NCBI GenBank assembly: GCA_950097015.1
Contig: CATNEN010000003.1
Location: 12,028,001-12,092,000, forward strand
Length of the DNA stretch: 64,000 nucleotides
DNA from: Macrostomum hystrix
Lineage: Eukaryota > Animalia > Platyhelminthes
Direction of reading: 5' to 3'
Shown: in pieces, positions 10,999-25,900 of the stretch
How positions within the stretch are numbered: the stretch's first letter is position 1
Layout of the letters: each line of letters starts with the position of its first letter
The notes under the pieces: generated by a model
Seen by the model: only the letters and a program-made list of their open reading frames with translations
Told to the model about the DNA's origin: nothing
The model's database searches: none
Translations under genes and position numbers: made by a program

Positions 10999-13900
10999 GT
11001 TAGTAAACATTGTTGTACGCTGGCTTTGAATTGCTGTGATTGCTGCCTTAATTAAGCTCACTCTCGTTAGAACTCTTAGGTTTGTCTACATTCTTGTCTA
11101 TAGCAATACCTTCATCGCAATGTAATGTCTACTCTCTCACAATCTCTTCTCCTCTCTCTCCTCTTCTCTCACTCCTCTCTCCTCTCATTCCTCTCCTCTC
11201 TCTCTTCGCCTTTCATTCCTCTCCTCTCTCCTTTCTCCCCTCATTCCTCTCCTCTCTCTTTTCTCCTCTCATTCCTCTCCTCTCTCCTTTCTCCTCTCAT
11301 TCCTCTCCTCTCTCCTTTCTCCTCTCATTCCTCTCCTCTCTCCTTTCTCCTCTCATTCCTCTCCTCTCTCCTTTCTCCTCTCATTCCTCTCCTCTCTCCT
11401 TTCTCCTCTCATTCCTCTCCTCTCTCCTTTCTCCTCTCATTCCTCTCCTCTCTCCTTTCTCCTCTCATTCCTCTCCTCTCTCTTTTCTCCTCTCATTCCT
11501 CTCCTCTCTCCTTTCTCCTCTCATTCCTCTCCTCTCTCCTTTCTCCTCTCATTCCTCTCCTCTCTCCTTTCTCCTCTCATTCCTCTCCTCTCTCCTTTCT
11601 CCTCTCATTCCTCTCCTCTCTCCTTTCTCCTCTCATTCCTCTCCTCTCTCCTTTCTCCTCTCATTCCTCTCCTCTCTCTTTTCTCCTCTCATTCCTCTCC
11701 TCTCTCCTTTCTCCTCTCATTCCTCTCCTCTCTCCTTTCTCCTCTCATTCCTCTCCTCTCTCCTTTCTCCTCTCATTCCTCTCCTCTCTCCTTTCTCCTC
11801 TCATTCCTCTCCTCTCTCCTTTCTCCTCTCATTCCTCTCCTCTCTCCTTTCTCCTCTCATTCCTCTCCTCTCTCCTTTCTCCTCTCATTCCTCTCCTCTC
11901 TCCTTTCTCCTCTCATTCCTCTCCTCTCTCCTTTCTCCTCTCATTCCTCTCCTCTTTCTTTTCTCCTCTCATTCCTATTCTCTCCTCTGTTTATTTCTTT
12001 CCTATCCTTATATTTTCTGAACTAAAAGCAGAAATTTATTCCAAAAAATTAGCAATCAGCAAGTTTTGATGTTCACAATGACTTGGAAGCAGAGCAATAA
12101 AATTGTTGAGTATGGCAGCGGCATTTGCACTTGACTACAGCTATTAGTGAACTGGAACATAAGATTAAGTCAAAAGAAGGTTTGGAAATGCAGACTTTCT
12201 GCTTTCAAATGGAGTGCCTTGAATTTTTCGAAAGCAAAGTAAGATGACGGAAACAAATGTTCCTTCCCGGGCGCAAGAAGCAGGTTGGAGATAATGCACT
12301 GGCCTAGCTGACAGGGCTGAGATGAAATGAACACATGTTTTGTCAAAGAATATTTCAAGCCATTTTTTTCTGCACAGGACACAGGTACAGGACATGCTAT
12401 ACGCACCTATTATGCTTAGGCAGAAAATGAAAACTAATTTGCAGATTGCCTGGCTTATTTAGATATTGATATGGCTACAATACTTTTATATATGACTAAG
12501 TTTTTTTAAAGGACTTGAAGTATTGTTTTTAGTGGTATATTATCGTCTTCAGATGCTATGGGAAGATGTGGGTAGCGTGGGATATGGAAGGTGTGGTAAA
12601 TGGGAAGTGTGGGATATGGGAAGTGTGGGATATGGGAAGCGTGGAATATGGGAAGTGTGAGTTATGGAAAGTTTGGCAGATATGGGAAGTGTGGGATATG
12701 GGAAGTGTGGGATATGGGAAGTGTGGCAGATATGGGAAGTGTGGGATATGGGAAGTGTGGGATATGGGAAGTGTGGCAGATATGGGAAGTGTGGGATGTG
12801 GGAAGTGTGAGTTATGGAAAGTTTGGCGGATATGGGAAGTGTGGGATATGGGAAGTGTGGGATATGGGAAGTGTGGGATATGGGAATTGTGGGATATGGG
12901 AAGTTTGGGATATGGGAAGTGTGGCAGATATGGGAAGTGTGGGATATGGGAAGTGTGGGATATGGGAAGTGTGGGATATGGGAAGTTTGGGATATGGGAA
13001 GTTTGGGATATGGGAAGTGTGGGATATGGGCAGTGTGGGATATGGGAAGTGTGGGATATGGGAAGTGTGGGATATGGGAAGTGTGGGATATGGGAAGTGT
13101 GAGATTTGGGAATTGTGGGATATGGGAAGTTTGGGATATGGGAAGTGTGGCAGATATGGGAAGTGTGGGATATGGGAAGTGTGGGATATGGGAAGTGTGG
13201 GATATGGGAAGTTTGGGATATGGGAAGTTTGGGAGGTGGGAAGTGTGGGATATGGGAAGTTTGGGAGGTGGGAAGTGTGAGATTTGGAAATTGTGGGATA
13301 TGGGAAGTGTGGCAGATATGGGAAGTGTGGGATATGGGAAGTGTGGGATATGGGAAGTGTGGGATATGGGAAGTTTGGGATATGGGAAGTTTGGGATATG
13401 GGAAGTGTGGCAGATATGGGCAGTGTGGGATATGGGAAGTGTGGGATATGGGAAGTGTGGGATATGGGAAGTGTGGGATATGGGAAGTGTGAGATTTGGG
13501 AATTGTGGGATATGGGAAGTTTGGGATATGGGAAGTGTGGCAGATATGGGAAGTGTGGGATATGGGAAGTGTGGGATATGGGAAGTGTGGGATATGGGAA
13601 GTTTGGGATATGGGAAGTTTGGGAGGTGGGAAGTGTGAGATTTGGAAATTGTGGGATATGGGAAGTGTAACAGATATGGGAAGTGTGGGGTATGGGAAGT
13701 TTGTGATATGGGAACTGTAGGATATGGGAAGTGTGCCACAATCTGTACATGTGGCTCAGTGAAACAAAAAAGATGTGTTTATAATACATCGCTTTAAACC
13801 CCGCAGATCGGTGACTATCGCACAATTCCCCTGGCGAAAGATCCCGACTCACTTCGTAACGCGGTTCAACGCTACGAAATTTTGTCACCACGGCCGCCAG

Positions 13901-16900
13901 AATTTGAGCTGCAACTGCACGAAGCTTCCGGCGTTGCCTCCGACGGTGTCGTAGGCGGCAGCGGTGGCGGCGTTACAGTCGGAGGTTCGATTCCTACGCC
14001 GTTGCGTCTGTACCTGCGTCAACGTCTAGACAGAGAGTTGCGGGATATTTATCGAATGCAAATTGTCGCCTTCGATGGAGCTGTTCCAGCCCGCAACGGC
14101 TCGGTCTGGTTAGTTGTCGTCGTCACAGACGAGAACGATGAAAAGCCGACATTTGAAAGACAGCAGTATGAGGCTAGCGTTGTGGAGAATGTTAGTCCCG
14201 GCACTGAGGTTTGTCATGGCTTGACTGCTGCAAATAGGCTAACGAATTTGATTGATTAGATAGTGTTATTAACTTTCCGAGAAAGGGGATTAGTATTTGA
14301 AAATGGGATATCTGGTGAAAAAAAACTGTCAAAGACGGAAAATTTTTTAGTAAAGATAACCAGTCAGACAAAGAGGATTATCTTTAGACAAAGAGGATTA
14401 TCTTTAGACAAAGAGGATTATCTTTGGACAAAGAGGATTATCTTTAGACAAAGAGGATTATCTGTCAGTCTAAGTGGATTATCCGTTAGTCTAAGGGAAT
14501 TGTCCGTTAGTCTAAGTGGATTATCTGTCACTCTAATGGATTATCCGTTAGCCTTAAATGGATTTTCCGTTAGTCTAAGGGAATTGTCCGTTTGTCTAAG
14601 TGGATTATCTGTCAGTCTAATGGATTATCCGTTAGCCTTAAATGGATTTTCCGTTAGTCTAAGGGAATTGTCCGTTTGTCTAAGTGGATTATCTGTCAGT
14701 CTAATGGATTATCCGTTAGCCTTAAATGGATTTTCCGTTAGTCTAAGGGAATTGTCCGTTTGTCTAAGTGGATTATCTGTCAGTCTAAGTGGATTATCCG
14801 TTAGTCTAGGTGGATTATCTGATAGTCTAAGTGGATTATCCGTTAGTCTAAGGGCATAATATAAAAATTAGTTGTATTTAAAGGAATTATACGGCGTAGT
14901 TTCGACAAGTGCATTTTGTCTGCAATAGGATCTCCCATGCTCGCTTGCAGATAATCCAACTGAAGGCCACAGACAGGGACACGGGTCCCAATGGTCAGGT
15001 GGTCTACTCGATTCCAGCCTTCGCCCCAGCGCGCATCAGGGCCCTGTTCTCAGTGGACTCAGACTCAGGTGTGCTCAGAGTTATCGGCGCATTAGACTAC
15101 GAGAGGCAGAGAGAGTTTCGAGTCACCGTTGTAGCCCAAGATCGCGGAGTTGGATCCCCGCGGCAAAGCGACACCCAGGTTCTCATCCGGGTGCTGGACG
15201 CGAATGACGAGAAACCAATCATTGTGCTGAACAGTGAGACAGATCGGTTGAGCGTGGAAGAGAATGGACCGGCTAAGAAAACAGTCACCCTGATGACTGT
15301 CACAGATAACGACTCTGGAGTGAATGGACAGGTGGGCATTTTGTGCGTTGGCGGTGATCGTTAATAATCGTTATTACATCACGCAGTTGATTTACTGGGT
15401 GTCAGTGCAGTTTATAAAGTGTCCGTTCAGCTGATAGGGTGTCAATAAAGGTGACAAGGTGTCAGTGGAGTTGATGGGATACAAGTCGATGGCATTTGTA
15501 TCTGTAGAAGTCATGGGGTGTCAGTAGAGGTCATTTTCCATCAGTAAAGGTCATGTGCAATCAGTAGAGGTCATGTGGCGTCAGTGGAGGTCATAGGATA
15601 TCAGTGGCGACAATGTGAGGCGATGACTAGCCAACGACCAGACGATCATCACAGAAGCATTGAGTTTAAGTAATTCCAATAATTACACAATCAATCAGGT
15701 GGAATGCTCCCTAATCAACTACCTGGACAAATTCAGTTTGGAACGATTAAACGCCAAGAGCGGCTCATCTCACTACAATCTGGTCACTGTCAGGTCGCTG
15801 GACCGCGAGACCGACTCACCGCTTGGACCGATTGAGCTGACAGTTCGTTGCCTAGACGGCGGACGGCCGCAGAACACAGTCGAGCTGACTGCGCCAGTTG
15901 ATATCCTGGATCTAAACGACAATGCTCCGATATTTCCAATGTCAGATTATCATTTTCATGTTAATGAACGCACAACACCAGGAACAGCGGTCTTCGCGGT
16001 GACGGCTACGGATCGAGACAGCGGCAGAAATGCCAGACTGACCTACTGGTTGAATGGAACCGACGTTTTCAGCATTGGCCCAGTCAATGGTCAAGCAACA
16101 CTGACTCAGATATTAGATAGAGAACGCAGGGATAGATATGACTTTCTTGTATGCGCAGTCGACCACGGAGAGCCTCAGCTTAGCGGCACCGCGACAGTGG
16201 TTGTTCTGGTCAAAGACGACAACGATCACAGTCCCGCACTGCAGCAGAGTTTTCATTTCCGGGTGATGGAAGACGCGCAACCGGGTGAGTCAACATCAGA
16301 CTGGAAGATTGCGGCTTGGTTCGGAGTCAAGGAGCTGGTTGGTTAACCATGGAGTTGGTGGGTGAGTGGCGGAGCGGTTAACGCGTTTGCCTCTCTCACA
16401 GAGGTCCCTGAGCTCGATTCCGCGACGAGGCCACATTCATTTGGGGCGCAGCCGCGGAGAGAAGGCTTGCAGGCTTGTCATGAAATTGAGGGCCAACCTC
16501 CAAGGAACATTGAGAGTGTACACTGTCTGACGATGAGAAAGTCAGGGCAGATGTACACTACTGTGTGAGCGTATGCCTGCGTACGGTATCTGTGTGCGTG
16601 TGTGCTCAGGAGTCAGCGAAATGGGCAGAATTGCCTCCTCTGCTAGCAGCGGGTCTAGTGTCACCAAATGTTGTGCCACTGCCCAGACCTCTTATTATTA
16701 TTATTAACTATGCAGTTTGTTGGTTGGTTAACCGTGCAGTTTGTTGGTTGGTTAACCGTTCAGTTTGTTGGTTGGTTAACCGTTCAGTTTGTTGGTTGGT
16801 TAACCGTGCAGTTTGTTGGTTGGTTAACCGTGCAAGTTTGTTGGTTGGTTTGCCGTGCAGTTTGTTGGTTGGTTAACCGTGCAGTTTGTTGGTTGGTTAA

Positions 16901-19900
16901 CCATGCAGTTTGTTGGTTGGTTAACCGTGCAGTTTGTTGGTTGGTTAACCATGCAGTTTGTTGGTTGGTTAACCATGCAGTTTGTTGGTTGGTTAACCGT
17001 GCAGTTTGTTGGTTGGTTAACCGTGCAGTTTGTTGGTTGGTTAACCATGCAGTTTGTTGGTTGGTTAACCATGCAGTTTGTTGGTTGGTTAACCGTTCAG
17101 TTTGTTGGTTGGTTAACCGTGCAGTTTGTTGGTTGGTTAACCGTGCAGTTTGTTGGTTGGTTAACCGTGCAGTTTGTTGGTTGGTTAACCGTGCAGTTTG
17201 TTGGTTGGTTAACCATGCAGTTTGTTGTTTGGTTAACCGTTCAGTTTGTTGGTTGGTTAACCGTGCAGTTTGTTGGTTGGTTAACCGTGCAGTTTGTTGG
17301 TTGGTTAACCGTGCAGTTTGTTGGTTGGTTTGCCGTGCAGTTTGTTGGTTGGTTAACCATGCAGTTTGTTGGTTGGTTAACCATGCAGTTTGTTGGTTGG
17401 TTTGCCGTGCAGTTTGTTGGTTGGTTAACCATGCAGTTTGTTGTTTGGTTAACCATGCAGTTTGTTGGTTGGTTAACCATGCAGTTTGTTGGTTGGTTAA
17501 CCGTTCAGTTTGTTGGTTGGTTAACCGTGCAGTTTGTTGGTTGGTTAACCGTGCAGTTTGTTGGTTGGTTAACCATGCAGTTTGTTGGTTGGTTTGCCGT
17601 GCAGTTTGTTGGTTGGTTAACCATGCAGTTTGTTGTTTGGTTAACCATGCAGTTTGTTGGTTGGTTAACCATGCAGTTTGTTGGTTGGTTAACCGTGCAG
17701 TTTGTTGGTTGGTTAACCGTGCAGTTTGTTGGTTGGTTAACCATGCAGTTTGTTGGTTGGTTAACCGTTCAGTTTGTTGGTTGGTTAACCGTGCAGTTTG
17801 TTGGTTGGTTAACCGTGCAGTTTGTTGGTTGGTTAACCATGCAGTTTGTTGGTTGGTTTGCCGTGCAGTTTGTTGGTTGGTTAACCATGCAGTTTGTTGT
17901 TTGGTTAACCATGCAGTTTGTTGGTTGGTTAACCATGCAGTTTGTTGGTTGGTTAACCATGCAGTTTGTTGGTTGGTTAACCATGCAGTTTGTTGGTTGG
18001 TTAACCATGCAGTTTGTTGGTTGGTTAACCATGCAGTTTGTTGGTTGGTTAACCATGCAGTTTGTTGGTTGGTTAACCATGCAGTTTGTTGGTTGGTTAA
18101 CCATGCAGTTTGTTGGTTGGTTAACCATGCAGTTTGTTGGTTGGTTAACCATGCAGTTTGTTGGTTGGTTAACCATGTTGAGATATCAGTTACAATAGCA
18201 AATTTTTAATGTAATTAAAATTTGTTGAAAAAGTAGACTGTGGCGATGGCAAAACGAAGGTTTCGTTGGCATAAACGACCATATACTAGGAGATTATCAG
18301 ATTAACTTTTCTTCCTAAGCTTTGGCACTGCTAGGAGACACCCGCCACCTCACACAGTCTCCCGGGCGGAGCAGATGATGGATGAAGCTGGTGAATTTTT
18401 GGACGAGTTGACGACATATTTTTGACAGCTCAGTGCGCTCGTCCTCCCATCAGAACTGTGCTCACAGTCCGGGCGAATATATTTATTACGGGCTCTGGGG
18501 TCTGGGAGACCAACCGTGCATACAGATGCAAATGACTGACAGGGTCTCACTTTTTCTTGGCCCACTTTTTTCACTTCTATTCTATTATAACTTATAGTAT
18601 CTTTTAGGCTGCTACAGGATATTGCTTGTGATTCATTACTATCTACTTTATTTCGCAGAAAGTGAAGGCAGAAAGTAAAGGTCTCTTTTTTATGGTTAGG
18701 TGTCGGTCAAGTTAGTCAGGTGTCAGTGGAGGCAGTAAATTGTCTGTGGAGGACAAGGTAGTGAGGTGTCAGTAAAGGCAGTGAGGTGTCAGTGGAGGCA
18801 GTGAGGTGTCAGTAAAGGCAGTGAGGTGTCAGTGGAGGCACTGAGGTGTCAGTGGAGGCAGTGAGGTGTCAGTGGAGGCAGTGAGGTGTCAGTGGAGGCA
18901 GCGAGGTGTCAGTGGAGGCAGTGAGGTGTCAGTGGAGGCAGTGAGGTGTCAGTGGAGGCAGCGAGGTGTCAGTGGAGGCACTGAGGTGTCACTGGAGGCA
19001 GTGAGGTGTCAGTGGGGGCGGTGAGGTGTCAGTTGGGGCAGTGAGGTGTCAGTGGATCTAGTGATTGTCTGTTGCTGTCTTCATGAGGTTAAAGCAACAA
19101 GGAACAGTTATCATCAGACAAGACTAGCAAAACATATGCAGTTACCGTAATGTACTAATTATAAAATCTGCAGTTAAAAACCTGTACACTCGAACGAATT
19201 CGACACAGCAATACACTCGTAGAAACGTGTCCAATCCTGAGCTTATATATATTTTTTAGCCTCTCAAAATTTACTGCTTATCGCGCTTCAAATTACTAAT
19301 CTCTATACTAGGCGAGGTAAAAAACACACCCACAACTGCCCAGCTGCACACCTTCACTACTTAAGGAGAAATTTGAGAGCACTTTCTGGTTCTCAAATCA
19401 TAGTTGAAGCATCCGTTAACTCTAAGGCCAAGCAGAACAGACACGACGATTCGATATGGGATTTTTGATTAGGGATTAAACCCTCTCCGAGATGAGAGAA
19501 TAATAATTTTCTTAGAATTTTTCCTCATACTCATATTTAGTAACTAGTTTTAGCAAAAAAGGGAACACTGATTTAGATCAATGTGGCGGTTTAATGAAGC
19601 GAAATGGCAGCTTGGGTCAAATTAAGATCATTCTTTTGCTTTCTTAGTCTACAGTAACTCAACGATAAATTAGACGTATGCATCTGCATAAGAAACACAA
19701 GCTAGGAGTGGCTGTTTCATTAGCAGGATGTTCTAGAATATCTAGCATATAGTTAATTTGCTTTCCAATATGATGCTGTTGCTTAACCAACTGGAAGAAA
19801 CAATATGCCCATTGGGTTTTGGGAGCAGATTAAATGCGACCTGATTTAGATGTGTGGAAACATTTTATCATTTACTCAACATACCATTTATTTATTTCTA

Positions 19901-22900
19901 CTCTATGTTAGTCTGTCGTCTGCGAGCCTATACAGTTTAACTATTGCTAGCTCGATGAAGTGAAGATTTATGACCGACAGGAGAGTGAACAGACAGAGGC
20001 TGGGAGTGAAAGAGCGAAAACATATGAGAAAGAGATGAGGGTGAGAAAGAGATGAGGGTGAGAAAGAGTGAGGGTGAGAAAGAGTGAGGGTGAGAAAGAG
20101 TGAGGGTGAGAAAGAGTGAGGGTGAGAAAGAGATGAGGGTGAGAAAGAGTGAGGGTAAGAAAGACTGAGGGTGAGAAAGAGTGAGGTTAAGAAAGAGTGA
20201 GGGTGAGAAAGAGTGAGGGTGACAAAGAGTGAGGTTAAGAAAGAGTGGGGATGAAAAAGAGTGGGGATGAGAAAGAGTGAGGGTGAGAAAGAGTGAGGGT
20301 GAGAAAGAGTGAGGGTGAGAAAGAGATGAGGGTGAGAAAGAGATGAGGGTGAGAAAGAGTGAGGGTGAGAAAGAGATGAGGGTGAGAAAGAGTGAGGGTG
20401 AGAAAGAGATGAGGGTGAGAAAGAGATGAGGGTGAGAAAGAGATGAGGGTGAGAAAGAGATGAGGGTGAGAAAGAGATGAGGGTGAGAAAGACTGAGGGT
20501 GAGAAAGAGATGAGGGTGAGAAAGAGTGAGGGTGAGAAAAAGTGAGGGTGAGAAAGAGATGAGGGTGAGAAAGAGATGAGGGTGAGAAAGACTGAGGGTG
20601 AGAAAGAGTGTGGGTGAGAATATTTCAGTCTCACCTGATATTGAAACAGGCTCTAACTGTCCCATAATTCTCCCCCACCACACAATCTGGCAATCAATTG
20701 TCTTCAGCTCATAGCTACAGAGTGCAGAATCACACTTAGCATCAAAATGCACAGCAGTTGGGGGTAGTTTTACAGCGGCTAAGGGGTCATAAAATTGTGT
20801 GACCAGCCCAACAACTGAACATCATCCTATAGGAAAGATTTTTGTGACTATAAAGAAAAATGCGACACCAGATGGTTGTTAGCGACCTTGTATCCGGGAT
20901 AAGGCAGCATTAAGAATTTAGCAATTCTGCAGCTTAACCACGACGGAAGGCTGTGCAGGCGGTGGTGTTGGTTGCAACTGCCACTGCTTTGCATGCTCTC
21001 TGTGCCCAACGGTGGAATGGAAGTGAGAGGTAGAGAGAATGAAAGTGAGGGGTAGAGAGAATGGAAGTGAGAGGTAGAGAGAATGGAAGTGAGAGGTAGA
21101 GAGAATGGAAGTGAGAGGTAGAGAGAATGGAAGTGAGAGGTAGAGAGAATGGAAGTGAGAGGTAGAGAGAATGGAAGTGAGAGGTAGAGAGAATGGAAGT
21201 GAGAGGTAGAGAGAATGGAAGTGAGGGGTAGAGAGAATGGAAGTGAGGGGTAGAGAGAATGGAAGTGAGGGGTAGAGAGAATGAAAGTGAGAGGTAGAGA
21301 GAATGGAAGTGAGGGGTAGAGAGAATGAAAGTGAGAGGTATAGAGAATGGAAGTGAGAGGTAGAGAGAATGGAAGTGAGAGGTAGAGAGAGAATGGAAGT
21401 GAGAGGTAGAGAGAATGGAAGTGAGAGGTAGAGAGAGAATGGAAGTGAGAGGTAGAGAGAATGGAAGTGAGAGGTAGAGAGAATGGAAGTGAGAGGTAGA
21501 GAGAATGGAAGTGAGAGGTAGAGAGAATGGAAGTGAGAGGTAGAGAGAATGGAAGTGAGAGGTAGAGAGAATGGAAGTGAGAGGTAGAGAGAATGGAAGT
21601 GAGAGGTAGAGAGAATGGAAGTGAGAGGTAGAGAGAATGGAAGTGAGGGGTAGAGAGAGGGCAGTAGAGACTTCAATCCATCATCACTTCTTCACTTACT
21701 TCTTCACTCATACCTCTTCACTTCCAGACAGTTTTGTATTACTTTGTCGTATTTTCATTTTAATTTCATTAGTTTGTTGATGCTTAGCTTACTCTGATGT
21801 TAATGATTATTTATTGTGATATATTGAATTCCATTTTCTTCATCGTGTCTACATTCGTGTTCTTGAAAACCAATTTAATATCTCATGATTGACGGATTTT
21901 CACCTAGCTAAATTTGAATTTGCGTGAAAAATTACTCTGTCGATTAAAACAAAATTGCGCATTAAAACAAAACACTGGCGGCATCGATTGATTTTGAATC
22001 TAGTAGGGTTGGGACAAAATCGATAAAACTGAGCAAACTAACTTCGCTACTTAGAGGAACAATGGAGTATAACACTTTTTGCTGCTAAATTTCTTTGTTG
22101 AAGAGCTGCAAAGTTTGCCTAATGAATGTTTTATGAGTCGCTACTAGAAGCTTGAGCAGAAAAAATGCTATTTTCCAAAAGCGAAATCAGTGCAGCACCT
22201 GGAAGTTAATCAAGTGTTTAGTGCACAATTTTTTCTCGCCAACTTATTACCAATTCAATTTGATTTCGCCAAAAAGCTGTTATGTTAATCACTTTTCTCC
22301 CTGTTATGACTGGAGCTAAAATATTTAATATCTAAACACGAAAAACGGTTGATTAGAACTCTACGTGGAAGTGTCGAAAAAAATGAGACAACTTTGAGTA
22401 ATATTAGTAGATGACTGACAAGACTTAAGTGATGAGAGATGAGGGATGAGAGATAAGAGATGAGAGATGAGAAATAAGAGATGAGAGATGAGAGATGAGA
22501 GTTAGGAGATAAGAGATGAGAAATAAGAGATGAGTGATAAGAGATGAGAGATTGAGATGAGAGATGAGAGATGAGAGTTAAGAGATGAGAGTTAAGAGAT
22601 TAGAGATGTGAGATGTGAGATGAGAGATGAGAGATGAGGGATGAGGGATGAGAGAAGAGAGATGAGAGATGGGAGATGAGAGATTGGAGATGAGGGACGA
22701 GGGATGAGAGATGAGAGTTAAGAGATAAGAGATGAGAAATAAGAGATGAGTGATAAGAGATGAGAGATTGAGATGAGAGATGAGAGATGAGAGATGAGAG
22801 TTAAGAGATGAGAGTTAAGAGATTAGAGATAAGAGATGAGAGATGAGAAATAAGAGATGAGAGATGAGAGATGAGAGATGAGAGATGAGAGATGAGAGTT

Positions 22901-25900
22901 AGGAGATAAGAGATGAGAAATAAGAGATGAGAGATGTGAGTTAAGAGATAAGAGATGAGAAATAAGAGATGAGTGATAAGAGATGAGAAAATGAGATGAG
23001 AGATGAGAGATGAGAGTTAAGAGATGAGAGTTAAGAGATGAGAGTTAAGAGATTAGAGATGTGAGATGTGAGATGAGAGATGAGAGATGAGGGATGAGGG
23101 ATGAGAGAAGAGAGATGAGAGATGGGAGATGAGAGATTGGAGATGAGGGATGAGGGATGAGAGATGAGAGTTAAGAGATAAGAGATGAGAAATAAGAGAT
23201 GAGTGATAAGAGATGAGAGATTGAGATGAGAGATGAGAGATGAGAGTTAAGAGATGAGAGTTAAGAGATTAGAGATGTGAGATGAGAGATGAGAGATGAG
23301 AGATGGGAGATGAGAGATGGGAGATGAGAGATGAGAGATGAGAGATTGGAGATGAGGGATGAGGGATGAGAGATGAGAGATGAGATTACTGAGAGAGAGA
23401 GATGGGAGATGAGATATGAGAGATGAGAGATGGGAGATGAGAGATGGGAGATGAGAGATGAGAGATGGGAGATGAGAGACTGCTTTTACATGAAATGTTT
23501 TTAATTCACGCTCTTAAAACTGCCCCCTGCAGGTCACGTGATCGGCCTCATCAACGCCACAGACGCTGACGAAGGCGACGCCGTTCGCCTCAGTTACCGC
23601 CTAGCAACCGTTGGACCCGTGGACTCCGAAATATTTCGTCTATTTCGTATCGAGGAACGGGACGGCCGGCTGATTCTGGCAGGGCATCTGGATCGCGAAA
23701 TCCAATCCAATTATCAGCTTCAAGTTGAAGTGTCTGATCCCGGAGGTCGAAAAGCAGTCTCCAGAATTGTTGTCGACATTGGCGACGTTAACGATTGTCA
23801 GCCTCGGTTTGTCTATCCGTCGGCTGGGAACAATAGTCTGCGACTTCGTCAGGACACTCCAGTGTCTGCCACGGTCGCCGTCTTATTGGCCGTTGATCAA
23901 GACGATCCTTCAACTGGCAACGGACGGATTCGTTACTCCGTCGTCATGCCAGAAGTCGACGACTCACTGTTTCATCTGGACTCCGACAGCGGCCAGTTGG
24001 TACTGGTTCGACCGTTGCCACATCGCAGCCTGCTGACTGGACATTCCGTGAGGCTCCGAATCAGAGCCCGGGACTGTGGCCAACCATCGCTAGAATCCTT
24101 CGAGACCCTGACGGTGTCGATTGAATCGACGATTGCTGCGGCTTCTGGTGCCACTTCGACTTCGACGTCAATCATCACGTCGATCGGTGCGCCGCCGAAG
24201 GTTTGGCCGAAATCATCCGGCGGCGGCGGAGGCGACAGCGGCGACAGCTTGTTGGTGGCGGCGGGTCTGGCGTCAGTGACCTGCGCATTCGTTCTCATCC
24301 TTGGCCTCGGAGTTGGCGTCATTGTCTGCCGGAGACGCTGCTTGGGTGAGAATAGATCTTTCACCTGCTTACTAGGGATAAATAGACTCTAATTAGAATG
24401 GTAGATAGAGTGCTGAAGAAAGGTAGATAGAGTGCAAAAGAAAGGTAGATAGAGTGCTAAAGAAAGGTAGATAGAGTGCTAAAGAAAGGTAGATAGAGTG
24501 CTAAAGAAAGGTAGATAGGGAATAGAGATAGAGAACGAAAACTGGATAAGACGCATCTTAAGGACTCTAAAAAATTGCAAAGATCTTCTACGAGCTAAGA
24601 TTCGCAACTGACTTTCTACATTTCTACATTTCCAATTACACTTAGTCTATTTTTTAAACTAATTAATTTTCAACAAACCCAGGATCCTTACTATTTTATT
24701 GATACTAAGAGCCACTTTAAATTATGGATTTACTCGCTAAGATAAATCTTTTAATCCATCAGATTATCACATTTTGTCTTCATTCTAATTAATAACGATA
24801 TTGATTAAGCCTTTTTTCATAAGATTATGCATCTGCCCAGCAAATCTTTTACAGAAAATTTCTGGTTATTCCAAAAATTACGATTTTTTCGTTAATAAAA
24901 TTTATATTACGCATGTAATGTATTAAAGAAATGCATACGCTTAAAGTACATAAACTTAAATAACATCGATAACTTCAAAACTAATTCTCTTTAAATTCTG
25001 TGTCTAAATTTCGTTTTAAGTAACTTACGTTAAATTCTGGAATTAACGATAGTTTCAAGTAGCTTCCGTTACATTCTGTCTCTAAAGCGAGTTTCAAGAA
25101 ACTTCCGTTACATTCTGTATCTAAAGCGAGTTTCAAGAAACTTCCGTTACACTCTGTATCTAATGTGAGTTTCAAGAAACTTCCGTTACATTCTGTATCT
25201 AAAGCGTGTTTCAAGAAACTTCCGTTACATTCTATATCGAAAGCGAGTTTCAAGAAACTTCCGTTACATTCTATATCGAAAGCGAGTTTCAAGAAACTTC
25301 CGTTACATTCTATATCGAAAGCGAGTTTCAAGAAACTTCCGTTACATTCTATATCGAAAGCGAGTTTCAAGAAACTTCCGTTACATTCTATATCGAAAGC
25401 GAGTTTCAAGAAACTTCCGTTACATTCTATATCGAAAGCGAGTTTCAAGAAACTTCCGTTACATTCTATATCGAAAGCGAGTTTCAAGAAACTTCCGTTA
25501 CATTCTATATCGAAAGCGAGTTTCAAGAAACTTCCGTTACATTCTATATCGAAAGCGAGTTTCAAGAAACTTCCGTTACATTCTATATCGAAAGCGAGTT
25601 TCAAGAAACTTCCGTTACATTCTATATCGAAAGCGAGTTTCAAGAAACTTCCGTTACATTCTATATCGAAAGCGAGTTTCAAGAAACTTCCGTTACATTC
25701 TATATCGAAAGCGAGTTTCAAGAAACTTCCGTTACATTCTGTATCTAAAGCGAGTTTCAAGAAACTTCCGTTACATTCTATATCTAAAGCGAGTTTCAAG
25801 AAACTTCCGTTACATTCTGTATCTAAAGCGAGTTTCAAGAAACTTCCGTTACATTCTATATCTAAAGCTAGTTTCAAGAAACTTCCGTTACATTCTATAT

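Noticed and set aside
16515-16560. Hammerhead ribozyme in SINE-B (CTGACGA...GAAA...GTC)
   Set aside because: No workable stem II or III geometry; the region is better explained as a simple hairpin GTGTACA-CTGTCTGAC/GTCAGGGCAG-ATGTACAC
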